Notes: generated by a model from the sequence alone, not told the origin. Shown: positions 27,539 through 36,420, counted from the stretch's first letter. The stretch: DNA of 64,000 nt from a bacterium (GCA_030674455.1 JAUSGQ010000007.1:19947-83946); one strand, 5' to 3'. Program-made: numbers and translations.

Positions 27539-30500
27539 TTATGTATATGCATCGACCGAGATAGATTTGAGTTCAGACGCCTTAATTCCTGCAAAAGCCA
27601 TGATGAATGCCTCGGCAAGCTGGCGATTGGTTATGAGCGGTATATTCAAGTCCACCGCTTTTCGGCGGATTATGTAGCCGTCTATCGCATCGCGGCCAAA
27701 TGCTTGAGCGGGAATATTTATTATCAAATCTACTTTACCTTTCTCTATAAGCGTTCCTACATTGGGCTCCTTGCCTCCGATTTTATAAACCTTTTCACAT
27801 GCAATTCCATTTTCTCTCATAAAATCGGCAGTATGCTCGGTGGCAAATAACTTGAAATTCATTTTGGCCAATTCTTGCAGAGCGGATAGTAATTTAATTT
27901 TATTTTCCTCTTTTCCCAAGGAAATCAGTATATTTCCCGACGCTTTGGTCGGGATCCCGACCTCGCTTCGCGAGCGTCGGGACTTATACGGCAATCTCCG
28001 ACGCTTTGGTCGGGGCAGGCGGAATCCTGAAGCAAGCATTGATTTAATCAGAGCTTCTGAAAATGTATCACCAAAACAAGCGACTTCGCCGGTAGAAGCC
28101 ATTTCCACGTTGGAAACGGGGTCGGCACCCTTTATGCGCGCATAGGAGAATTGCGGCGACTTTACTGCAATGTAATCAAGTTCAAGGGTGCGATAATCGC
28201 CGGAAACGTCTTTACCGAGCATCGCGCGCGTAGCAATATCAATAAAGTTATATCCCGTAGCTTTTGACACGAAAGGAAAGCTTCGAGATGAACGAACATT
28301 GCACTCAATGACTTGCAAATGGTTATCTTTTGCGATGAATTGAATATTGAACGGGCCGGTAATTTTCAGTTCTTTGACGACGTCCTTCGTGATGTGTTTA
28401 GCTCGTCGAATTGTCTCCATATATGTGCGCTGGGGAGGCAAAACCACCGTAGCGTCGCCAGAGTGCGTGCCGGCATTTTCGACGTGCTCCGTAATCGCGT
28501 AAATTATGAGCTTCCCGCGCGAAGCAACTCCGTCAATTTCAATTTCCCGCGCATTCTCGATAAATTTGGAAATCACGACCGGATGTTCCGTAGAGATATC
28601 AACCGCGCGTTTGAGAAAGCGCAAAAGAGATGTCTCGTCGTGCGCAACGCTCATCGCAGAGCCGGAGAGAACATATGACGGCCGGACAAGCACGGGATAT
28701 CCGATTCGCGCCGCAGCTATCGCTGCTTCTTTATGAGTAGTAAGTTCTACCCACTCGGGCTGATCAATTTCGAGCCTATCAAGAAGTTTAGAGAATGTGT
28801 GCCTGTCTTCGGCGCGGTCTATATCTTCTGGTTTTGTTCCCATGATTCTTACTCCTCGCTTATGCAGTGGGAGCGCGAGATTATTCGGAATTTGGCCGCC
28901 AGTAGAAATTACGACTCCTCGCGCTTTCTCAAATTGATAAATATCTAGAACACGCTCAAGCGAAAGTTCTTCAAAATACAGTCGGCTCGACATGTCGTAG
29001 TCGGTTGAAACGGTCTCCGGATTTGAATTTATCATTATCGTTTCGTATTCATTTTTTGAAAGAGTTTTTAACGCTTGTACGCAAGACCAATCAAATTCTA
29101 CCGACGAACCGATGCAATACGGTCCGCTTCCAAGGACGATCATACTTTTCTTGGTGCGACCTATATCATTCTCGGTCCCGTTATACGTCACATACAGATA
29201 ATTTGTTTTGGCGGGAAATTCTCCAGCCAAAGTGTCGATTTGCTTTATAACTGGCAGGATTTTGTGGCGCATTCGCTCCTGTCGGATCTTATCCTCAGTA
29301 CTTTTAATCAATGTGGCAATTTGAATATCAGAAAAACCAAGCTTCTTAGCCTCGAGCATGTCTTCTCTAAGAAGGTCTGACCTTCCAGGAAGGTCAGACC
29401 TTCTGAGATTTCTCGAGCAACGCATGATGTTCTTCATTTTTTCTAGAAACCACGGATCAATGCCGCCGGAAAGACGGCTGATCTTTGAGACGGACGTACC
29501 TCTGCGAAGTGCCTCTGCAATGGCAAAAATGCGGCGGGTAGTCGGGTGCTTGATTTCATCCAGATAATTTGCCACGCGAAAGTTACCATTTTTATGCGCT
29601 ACAAAACCATCCGCGCCAATGGAAAGCATACGAATAGCTTTCTGCAGTACCTCCTCAAAACTTCTGCCGATTGCCATCACTTCTCCCACACTTTTCATCT
29701 CCGTACCAATTTGCGTGATGGCATTCTCAAATTTCGTCAAATCCCAGCGCGGCATTTTAAGCACGATGTAATCAAGCGCCGGCTCGAAACAGGCCGTCGT
29801 GGATTTGGTTACCGAGTTTTTTAGTTGCGGCAGAGTAAAGCCCATTGCGAGTTTCGCCGCAATGAACGCGAGCGGATATCCTGTGGCCTTTGAGGCAAGC
29901 GCAGATGAGCGGGAAAGGCGCGCATTAACTTCTATGACGCGATAATCTCCGGTTTTCGGATGAAGCGCGTACTGTATATTGCATTCTCCCACGACGCCGA
30001 GATGCCTGATGGTCTTTATCGCGATTTCGCGCAAGCGATGATACTCCTCGTTCGTAAGAGTTTGTGACGGCGCCACGACCATACTTTCGCCCGTATGAAT
30101 GCCCATCGGGTCTATGTTTTCCATATTGCAAACGGAAATGCAGTTGTCGGTTCTGTCGCGCACAATTTCATACTCAACTTCTTTCCAACCGCACAAATCT
30201 TCTTCGATCAATACCTGCGGACTCGAGCCAAAGATTTCTGACAGTTTAGCGACAAGTTCTTTTTCCGTACGAACCACTCCGGAGCCAAGGCCGCCCAAGG
30301 CGAATCCCGCGCGCAACATGACCGGATAACCGATTTTTGTCGCCGCCTTTTTGGCATCAGATATATTTCTTGCTGCGAAACTTCGCGCTGTCTTAACATC
30401 AATTTTTTGCAGCCGCTTTATGAACATGTCTCTATCTTCTGTTTCGCGTATGACAGATACCGGTGTTCCCAAAACCTGCACTTTGTATTTAGAGAGAATC

Positions 30501-30838
30501 CCTTTCTCCTCCAGTTCAAGGCCGAGATTAAGCGCGGTTTGGCCGCCGAACCCTAGGAGAATCGCATCGGGTTTTTCTTTCTTGATAACCTGTACGGCAA
30601 ACGGCAAGGTAAGTGGCAAGAGGTAGACGACGTCTGCTACGTTTTCACTCTTTGCATCAGTTCCTTGAGCTGGCGAGTCCGTTTGAACTGTTGCGATATT
30701 CGGATTTATGAGTATGACGCGAATGCCTTCTTCTTTAAGAGCCTTAATCGCTTGTGTGCCGGAGTAATCAAATTCTCCGGCCTGACCGATTTTAAGACCG
30801 CCTGAACCGAGCAACAATACTTTTTTTATGGTCGTCAT
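27539..30838 (-). CDS. carB: carbamoyl-phosphate synthase large subunit
   Basis: 1099 aa with two ATP-grasp halves and an MGS-like C-terminal domain. Confidence 0.95.
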   Translation of the reverse strand: MTTIKKVLLLGSGGLKIGQAGEFDYSGTQAIKALKEEGIRVILINPNIATVQTDSPAQGTDAKSENVADVVYLLPLTLPFAVQVIKKEKPDAILLGFGGQTALNLGLELEEKGILSKYKVQVLGTPVSVIRETEDRDMFIKRLQKIDVKTARSFAARNISDAKKAATKIGYPVMLRAGFALGGLGSGVVRTEKELVAKLSEIFGSSPQVLIEEDLCGWKEVEYEIVRDRTDNCISVCNMENIDPMGIHTGESMVVAPSQTLTNEEYHRLREIAIKTIRHLGVVGECNIQYALHPKTGDYRVIEVNARLSRSSALASKATGYPLAFIAAKLAMGFTLPQLKNSVTKSTTACFEPALDYIVLKMPRWDLTKFENAITQIGTEMKSVGEVMAIGRSFEEVLQKAIRMLSIGADGFVAHKNGNFRVANYLDEIKHPTTRRIFAIAEALRRGTSVSKISRLSGGIDPWFLEKMKNIMRCSRNLRRSDLPGRSDLLREDMLEAKKLGFSDIQIATLIKSTEDKIRQERMRHKILPVIKQIDTLAGEFPAKTNYLYVTYNGTENDIGRTKKSMIVLGSGPYCIGSSVEFDWSCVQALKTLSKNEYETIMINSNPETVSTDYDMSSRLYFEELSLERVLDIYQFEKARGVVISTGGQIPNNLALPLHKRGVRIMGTKPEDIDRAEDRHTFSKLLDRLEIDQPEWVELTTHKEAAIAAARIGYPVLVRPSYVLSGSAMSVAHDETSLLRFLKRAVDISTEHPVVISKFIENAREIEIDGVASRGKLIIYAITEHVENAGTHSGDATVVLPPQRTYMETIRRAKHITKDVVKELKITGPFNIQFIAKDNHLQVIECNVRSSRSFPFVSKATGYNFIDIATRAMLGKDVSGDYRTLELDYIAVKSPQFSYARIKGADPVSNVEMASTGEVACFGDTFSEALIKSMLASGFRLPRPKRRRLPYKSRRSRSEVGIPTKASGNILISLGKEENKIKLLSALQELAKMNFKLFATEHTADFMRENGIACEKVYKIGGKEPNVGTLIEKGKVDLIINIPAQAFGRDAIDGYIIRRKAVDLNIPLITNRQLAEAFIMAFAGIKASELKSISVDAYT
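27935..28015. repeat. structured insert in the carB C-terminal region (direct repeats TCCCGACGCTTTGGTCGGG x2 with CTCGCTTCGCGAG between), encoding RPKRRRLPYKSRRSRSEVGIPTKAS on the minus strand
   Basis: Nested hairpins are visible. An arginine-rich segment of about 25 aa is absent from E. coli CarB at this position, as I recall it. Confidence 0.6.
29370..29404. repeat. perfect 17-1-17 palindrome AGAAGGTCTGACCTTCC-A-GGAAGGTCAGACCTTCT in frame in carB, encoding RRSDLPGRSDL
   Basis: The palindrome reads RSDLPGRSDL on both strands. It appears to be an 11-12-aa insertion relative to other CarB sequences. Confidence 0.75.
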
Positions 30839-30843
30839 ATGAG

Positions 30844-30943
30844 TGCCAATCTACAAATGGACTCCAATCTACAAATAACTACGAATAAGCAATGCTCACA
30901 TTTGTAGCTATTCGTAGTATTCGGATGATTCGTAGATTGGGAC
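30844..30943. repeat. ~100-bp composite palindromic repeat (CCAATCTACAAAT ... ATTCGTAGATTGG), family copy R1 of 6, REP/BIME-like
   Basis: It shares words with the copies at 42502, 47001, 48156, 49350 and 61654, and it fills the carA-carB spacer. Confidence 0.85.
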
Positions 30944-30955
30944 ATAATAAATATT

Positions 30956-32014
30956 CTAGATGCTGATAGAACGTATAAACTCATCAAATATCCATGCGGT
31001 GTCCGTTGGCCCCGGTGCTGCCTCGGGGTGGAACTGCACAGCTCGCCAGGCTTTTGATTTGTGCTTGATGCCCTCCACGCTTCCGTCATTCGCGTTGGTG
31101 AACCATACAGCCCAATCATGCGGAAGCGATTTTGCGTCAACAGCATACCCGTGATTTTGCGATGTTATGTAACAACGGCCTGTCTCCTGATCTACGCATG
31201 GTTGATTTTGTGAGCGATGACCGTATTTGAGCTTGTATGTACTTCCGCCCGCGGCGAGCGCCAAGAGTTGAGTTCCGAGGCAGATGCCTAATATCGGCTT
31301 TGGCATAAGCATTGCACGCTTGAGATTTTCAATTGTATTGCCGCACATGTTTGGGTCGCCGGGCCCGTTGGAAATCACAAGCGCATCATGCGGCTCATTC
31401 GCAAAATCATAGTCCCATGGAACGCGTACGATCGTAATTTCAGGGCGCACGAGTGAGCGCAAAATATTTTCCTTCATCCCGCAGTCAACTATAACGATGG
31501 TAGTGGCCCCATTGCCGTACGTTTCCGGCTTTTTTATACTGACCCGCGCAACGAGATTCTCCTTATTCGGGTCAACAAAAGCCGATGCAGTGAGGCGTCG
31601 CCTCACTGCATTCACAGGCCTGGCGTCTATTATGCCGAGCATCACACCGTGTTCGCGCAATTTTTTTGCAAGCGCACGCGTATCTACGCCCGTAATTGCC
31701 GGAACACCGGAGCGCTTAAGCCACTCCGATAATGACTCGCACGCCAACTGGTGCGAATAATTCTCGGAATAGTCCGCCACGATTAGGCCAGCGGCCTGGA
31801 TTTTATCGGATTCAAAATATTTACGTTCTGGCACGCCATAATTTCCCACCAGAGGATAGCTCAAGACAATGATTTGTCCTGCATATGAGGGGTCCGATAA
31901 GCTCTCTACATATCCGACCATCCCCGTGTTAAAAACCACCTCGCCGGATGCCGATACGGGTGCGCCAAAGCTTTTACCCTCAAATACTGTCCCGTCTTTA
32001 AGAGTTAATTTCAT
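30956..32014 (-). CDS. carA: carbamoyl-phosphate synthase small subunit (glutamine amidotransferase)
   Basis: GATase class I motifs, including ICLGHQ-like GICLGTQ. Confidence 0.9.
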   Translation of the reverse strand: MKLTLKDGTVFEGKSFGAPVSASGEVVFNTGMVGYVESLSDPSYAGQIIVLSYPLVGNYGVPERKYFESDKIQAAGLIVADYSENYSHQLACESLSEWLKRSGVPAITGVDTRALAKKLREHGVMLGIIDARPVNAVRRRLTASAFVDPNKENLVARVSIKKPETYGNGATTIVIVDCGMKENILRSLVRPEITIVRVPWDYDFANEPHDALVISNGPGDPNMCGNTIENLKRAMLMPKPILGICLGTQLLALAAGGSTYKLKYGHRSQNQPCVDQETGRCYITSQNHGYAVDAKSLPHDWAVWFTNANDGSVEGIKHKSKAWRAVQFHPEAAPGPTDTAWIFDEFIRSISI

Positions 32015-32238
32015 AATGTATGAGACCCTACTTCGCTTCCTCCTACGTCAAGACTACGGAGGACAAGAAAGCTACGAAGGGTTGCTCTCTCATGAAAATG
32101 CCCGCTTACTGCGGGCAGAAATGGAGAGCAAAAAAATACACCCGGGCGGGTGTTTCTCTTATTAATTCCTTGCGAGTTCATTAAAGTTGAATTATATGCC
32201 CATATTTGCCGGTGTCAAATTTTAACCTGGCTGTGGAT

Positions 32239-33561
32239 ATGTCGCGTGAGTATACTGGAAACATGGTGCGCGATGACTTAATCAAATTTAAATTGCCCGA
32301 CAGTCCGGGTATATACTATTATCGAAATTCGAGGGGCAAAATTCTATACATTGGTAAAGCTACATCTCTGCGCGACCGCGTACGGAGCTATTTTTTGTCA
32401 GGTCTATCGGAATCTCGAAGCACGGCAATCGCAGCAATGATAGATGAGACGCACTCCGTCACATGGCAAACGACCGAGTCGGTTCTTGAAGCTCTGATAC
32501 TCGAAGCGAATGAGATAAAAAAACATCAGCCGAAATACAATGCACGAGAAAAGGACGACAAGAGCTTTAATTTTCTCGTAATCACAAAGGAAGATTTCCC
32601 GCGCGTTTTAGTAATTCGCGGCCGCGAACTATTTTCTCCACTTATCGCTAATCGCTATTCGCTAACCGCTATCTTCGGCCCATATCCGCAGGGACGTTCA
32701 CTGCAAGAAGCTCTGAAAATCGTTCGGAAAATATTTCCTTTCCGCGATAAATGCATTCCATGTGACACTGCGGAAAAATCCTTACTTTCTAATTCGCGCG
32801 AATTAGAAAGTAAAGAAACTCATGTACATCTTAAACATAAATGCAGGCCGTGCTTCAATCATCAGATAGGATTATGTCCCGGTGTATGCAGTGGGGAAAT
32901 ATCAAAAAACGATTATGCTCGAACTATACGACACATTAAGACTCTATTTTCAGGGAAAATAAAGAGGTTGAAGAGGGATCTGGAACGAGAAATGAGAGCC
33001 GAATCGAAAGCCGAGCGATTTGAAAAGGCCGCCATATTGCGTCGACAAATTGGTTCGTTAAACCACATACGCGACGTATCGCTAATAAATAACGATAACA
33101 TGGCCGATTTACCCAGGAAACCTACGAGGATAGAGGCGTATGACGTGGCACATACGTCGGGATCGGAGACAGTAGCCGTAATGACTGTTGTGAATAATGG
33201 CGAGCCCGAAAAGAGTTCCTACAGAAAATTCAAGATTCAAACTGCTGCAAACGACGACATTGGAGCACTCAAAGAGGTTCTCTCACGCCGCCTGGCGCAC
33301 TCGGAGTGGCCCTTGCCGAGCGTGTTTGTTGTGGACGGAGGAACTGCGCAATTGCGTGCGGCCGCAAATATTCTAAAAGACGCTGGTATAATGATTCCCG
33401 TGGTATCTGTGGTAAAAAACGAATTTCATAAACCCGAACGGCTCATGGGAGATACGAATGCAATTAAGACCTTGGGAAAAGAAATTCTTCTTGCCAATCA
33501 AGAAGCGCATCGTTTTGCGATTACGTATCATAGAAAACGACGAGGTCGACTAACGATATGA
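32239..33561 (+). CDS. uvrC: excinuclease ABC subunit C, short form lacking C-terminal HhH
   Basis: GIY-YIG motif (PGIYYY...ILYIGKA), a UVR domain and an RNase H-like endonuclease domain. The track start at 32206 is also possible. Confidence 0.85.
   Translation: MSREYTGNMVRDDLIKFKLPDSPGIYYYRNSRGKILYIGKATSLRDRVRSYFLSGLSESRSTAIAAMIDETHSVTWQTTESVLEALILEANEIKKHQPKYNAREKDDKSFNFLVITKEDFPRVLVIRGRELFSPLIANRYSLTAIFGPYPQGRSLQEALKIVRKIFPFRDKCIPCDTAEKSLLSNSRELESKETHVHLKHKCRPCFNHQIGLCPGVCSGEISKNDYARTIRHIKTLFSGKIKRLKRDLEREMRAESKAERFEKAAILRRQIGSLNHIRDVSLINNDNMADLPRKPTRIEAYDVAHTSGSETVAVMTVVNNGEPEKSSYRKFKIQTAANDDIGALKEVLSRRLAHSEWPLPSVFVVDGGTAQLRAAANILKDAGIMIPVVSVVKNEFHKPERLMGDTNAIKTLGKEILLANQEAHRFAITYHRKRRGRLTI
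32782..32813. repeat. perfect 32-bp palindrome TTACTTTCTAATTCGC|GCGAATTAGAAAGTAA in frame in uvrC (encodes LSNSRELESK)
   Basis: TTCGCGCGAA core, as in the intergenic copies and the yggS copy. Confidence 0.8.
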
Positions 33562-33574
33562 TTATGAGTGTTGT

Positions 33575-34069
33575 ATGAGTAAAGAAAACGGAGAAGGCGG
33601 GAATGTCGTCAATTTGAAACGGCGATTGGAACAACTAAAGGCGACGCGTAGCCTAAGACCTACAGCAGACGCTCAACAGCAGGAAACCATCCCACCGCTA
33701 ACGGACAAAGAAGTGTTACAAAAAGCTAGAGAGATTGTGGAAAGATTCCCGGGCATTGCCTCGTTGGCTAAAGACTTAGATAGTCAAGAGATCGCCCTTG
33801 GCCGGATACCGAGTGAAAGAAATGTTGAACTGGCACGTGCTGGTTATGAGGAAGAATTGGGACGAGCCCGAGAGAGAGCCGAGGTGAATGTCCGAAACAA
33901 ACCTGAATCCCCATTACAGAATAGACTTCAGGAGGATGTCAGAATCATGTTCGCTGGATATGAATGGACGCAACCGGTGTTTTTCAATACCAAATATGCC
34001 GCCTATGCCCGCGCCTATCTCGAAAAATTTGATCCAAAATTCAAACTGCCTGATTTTACCGACATATGA
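33575..34069 (+). CDS. hypothetical protein
   Basis: 164 aa. Its stop overlaps the start of the next ORF (ATGA). Confidence 0.4.
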   Translation: MSKENGEGGNVVNLKRRLEQLKATRSLRPTADAQQQETIPPLTDKEVLQKAREIVERFPGIASLAKDLDSQEIALGRIPSERNVELARAGYEEELGRARERAEVNVRNKPESPLQNRLQEDVRIMFAGYEWTQPVFFNTKYAAYARAYLEKFDPKFKLPDFTDI

Positions 34070-34461
34070 TGAATAAATGGAAGCAAGGAAAAGTCGTTAG
34101 CTTAAAAGTTGCGCAGTTGAAAATTCAGCGCAGGGAGACATCCGAACTTTCGGCCAAAGAAAGAATGCACCTCTCGCTATTCGCAAAAGAGACTATTCCT
34201 AAACTTAACGAAAAAGTCTTGATGGAAGACTTTATGAGAAGATTTCATAAGGCAGATCTATCCAAGGTCAGACACAACATCGAAGAGATAAGAAGAGATA
34301 TACGGCGGGAGATCGGCGGTTTTACGGAGATTGTTAAACAGAGCTACAAACTTAAAGACCTAGAAGAGTTACTGCTTAAATACAAAACTGGAGAAAGTTC
34401 TGCACCCTTAACGTTTATTTACGCAGCCGCGCAGGAATATATTAAACGAGTTTACCTTTAG
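34066..34461 (+). CDS. hypothetical protein
   Basis: 131 aa. It is translationally coupled to the upstream ORF. Confidence 0.4.
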   Translation: MMNKWKQGKVVSLKVAQLKIQRRETSELSAKERMHLSLFAKETIPKLNEKVLMEDFMRRFHKADLSKVRHNIEEIRRDIRREIGGFTEIVKQSYKLKDLEELLLKYKTGESSAPLTFIYAAAQEYIKRVYL

Positions 34462-34488
34462 GATGAATTGAGGTGTTATAATTTCGAA

Positions 34489-35460
34489 ATGTCGCGGACT
34501 ATAGTCGGCGTTTTGCGCGGGGGGACATCAAACGAATATGCTCTTTCGCTCAAAACGGGTGCGGCTCTTCTTTCTGCACTACCGGAAGAGAAGTATGACA
34601 CTCGCGATATTCTCGTGGACAAGAGCGGCGTGTGGCATTCGCGAGGAATTCCAATGGATGCTCCGCGTGCGCTGGCGCAAATCGATGTCGTTCTGAACGG
34701 ATTGCACGGCGGCGCCGGCGAAGATGGCACGGTGCAGCGCCTATTAGATAGGGCAGGAGTCGCATATGCAGGTTCGCGCGCGCGAGGCGCAGCTGTTTCG
34801 CTCAACAAATCCCTTTCGCACGAAATTTTGCAGAAAGCGGGAATACAGATGCCGCGCGCCGTTTCATTTACCCTTAACAATCAAATTGATACCGGCGAGA
34901 TGGCTCAAGCGGTTTTCTCTCAATTCGGCCCTCCATATATTGTAAAGCCCGTGAATGATGGCGCTTCTCATGGCATTCGTTTTGCCGTCAATCTGCTCGA
35001 GCTGCCGGATGCTATCGGCGACATTTTGGATGAATACGGAGCTGCCCTGATTGAAGAGTTTGTCTTAGGGGATGAAGTCAGTGTGGGTGTAATTGATAAT
35101 TATCGCGGACAAGAATTGTACGTTTTGCCGCCGGCACATGTGCATTACCCCGATGAGAGCAAATTTCTCACTCACCATGTACATGAGAACGCGACTGCGA
35201 AATACGAATGCCCGAGCAATTTCACGCACGAGGAAAAACAAGCTATTGAAGAAATGGCGCGGACCGCTCACCGCGCACTCGAACTTTCGCATTTTTCACG
35301 CGCCGACATTATCTTGACGCGCCGAGGCCCGTACCTCTTGGAGGTTAACGCATTGCCCGGATTGTATTCCGGAGCATCCCTTCCGGTAATGCTTGAAGCC
35401 GTCGGAGCATCAACAGGGGAGTTTGTAGAGCATGCAATCGGTCTCGCGAAGCAATATTAG
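34489..35460 (+). CDS. ddl: D-alanine--D-alanine ligase
   Basis: ATP-grasp fold with Ddl N-terminal motifs (GGxSxE). The likely start is Met 34489. Confidence 0.85.
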   Translation: MSRTIVGVLRGGTSNEYALSLKTGAALLSALPEEKYDTRDILVDKSGVWHSRGIPMDAPRALAQIDVVLNGLHGGAGEDGTVQRLLDRAGVAYAGSRARGAAVSLNKSLSHEILQKAGIQMPRAVSFTLNNQIDTGEMAQAVFSQFGPPYIVKPVNDGASHGIRFAVNLLELPDAIGDILDEYGAALIEEFVLGDEVSVGVIDNYRGQELYVLPPAHVHYPDESKFLTHHVHENATAKYECPSNFTHEEKQAIEEMARTAHRALELSHFSRADIILTRRGPYLLEVNALPGLYSGASLPVMLEAVGASTGEFVEHAIGLAKQY

Positions 35461-35507
35461 ATTATTTGCTAGTCTGGCAGAAAACCTGTAACCTACACCC
35501 TGTTCAT

Positions 35508-35580
35508 GGGCCGGTAGTTCAGTGGTAGAACGTCTCATTTGCAATGAGAAGGTCGGGGGTTCGATTCCTCTCCGGTCCAC
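35508..35580 (+). tRNA. tRNA-Ala (anticodon UGC)
   Basis: Acceptor stem GGGCCGG/CCGGTCC with the G3:U70 Ala identity pair, anticodon loop CTCATTTGCAATGAG (TGC) and T-loop GGTTCGATTCC. Confidence 0.9.
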
Positions 35581-35650
35581 CCCGTTAGAGATTAGTAACG
35601 TCTTTATTACTGATTCGTCGAATAACTCTTTTATATATCTAAAGGTATAA

Positions 35651-36376
35651 ATGATCTCTAACGGGGTCCACAAAATGATTAGTGCAAATCTTAGGAATAT
35701 AGAAGGCGAAATGAGTAGCGCGGGTAGGAAAGTTACCTTGGTTGCTGTAACAAAAAGCGTGGGGATAGACGAAACAAACGAAATCATTAAAGCGGGAGTG
35801 CGCGCAATCGGAGAAAATAGAGTCGAGGATTTTGAAAAGAAAATCACGCAATTGCTTCCGGTAGAAAAGCATTTCATCGGGCAAATTCAATCGCGAAAGA
35901 TTAAACGAATTGTAGAACTATTTGATGTTATTCAATCTGTCGATTCAATCGAGCACTTAGAGAAAATCGAGAGGGAGGCAGTCTCTCAAAACAAAAAAAT
36001 AAAAATTCTTCTACAGTTCAATATTTCACGGGAGGCGCAAAGAGGCGGCTTCGAACCAAGTGATGTCGTACAAATTATTAAAGCTATTGGAAGGTATTCA
36101 CTATCGGTTAATTCGCGCGAATTAACCGATAAGAGCAATAGCATTTTGTCGATTCAACATGTGGAAATCATCGGAGTGATGGGAATGGCTAGCGATACTA
36201 CAGATACTGAAGTGGTGAGAGAGCAGTTTCGCTTGCTAAAAGATATTAGAGACCAATTGCAGTCGAAATATCCTAAAATCAAAGAACTGTCGATGGGCAT
36301 GTCTAGTGACTGCCAAATCGCCCTGGAGGAAGGCGCCACAATACTGCGAATCGGCAGGGCACTATTCAGCAATTAG
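35651..36376 (+). CDS. yggS: YggS-family pyridoxal phosphate homeostasis protein
   Basis: VTKSV, GENRVQ-like GENRVE, HFIGQIQSRK and SMGMSSD motifs. Confidence 0.85.
   Translation: MISNGVHKMISANLRNIEGEMSSAGRKVTLVAVTKSVGIDETNEIIKAGVRAIGENRVEDFEKKITQLLPVEKHFIGQIQSRKIKRIVELFDVIQSVDSIEHLEKIEREAVSQNKKIKILLQFNISREAQRGGFEPSDVVQIIKAIGRYSLSVNSRELTDKSNSILSIQHVEIIGVMGMASDTTDTEVVREQFRLLKDIRDQLQSKYPKIKELSMGMSSDCQIALEEGATILRIGRALFSN
36105..36128. repeat. perfect 24-bp palindrome CGGTTAATTCGC|GCGAATTAACCG in frame in yggS (encodes SVNSRELTDK)
   Basis: Same TTCGCGCGAA core and the same reading frame (NSREL) as the uvrC copy. Confidence 0.8.
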
Positions 36377-36389
36377 CGCGTTTCTTTGA

Positions 36390-36420
36390 CAATCCAATGA
36401 GATGTCATCTCATTGGATTG
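36390..36420. terminator. hairpin CAATCCAATGAGATG-T-CATCTCATTGGATTG, 14 nt after the yggS stop
   Basis: 15-bp arms. It belongs to the same GAGATGNCATCTC family as 27281 and 41847. Confidence 0.5.

Noticed and set aside
30835-31146. Track ORFs that translate through the GTAG repeat copies (for example 30835..31146 -, the N-terminus of 42447..43007 +, 47024..47293 -, 61689..61907 -), all giving STN..TTN..YKCxHC..ICRLESICRLAL-like peptides
   Set aside because: The shared peptide is just the translation of the repeated DNA element. The ORFs overlap real genes or spacers and have no independent support.
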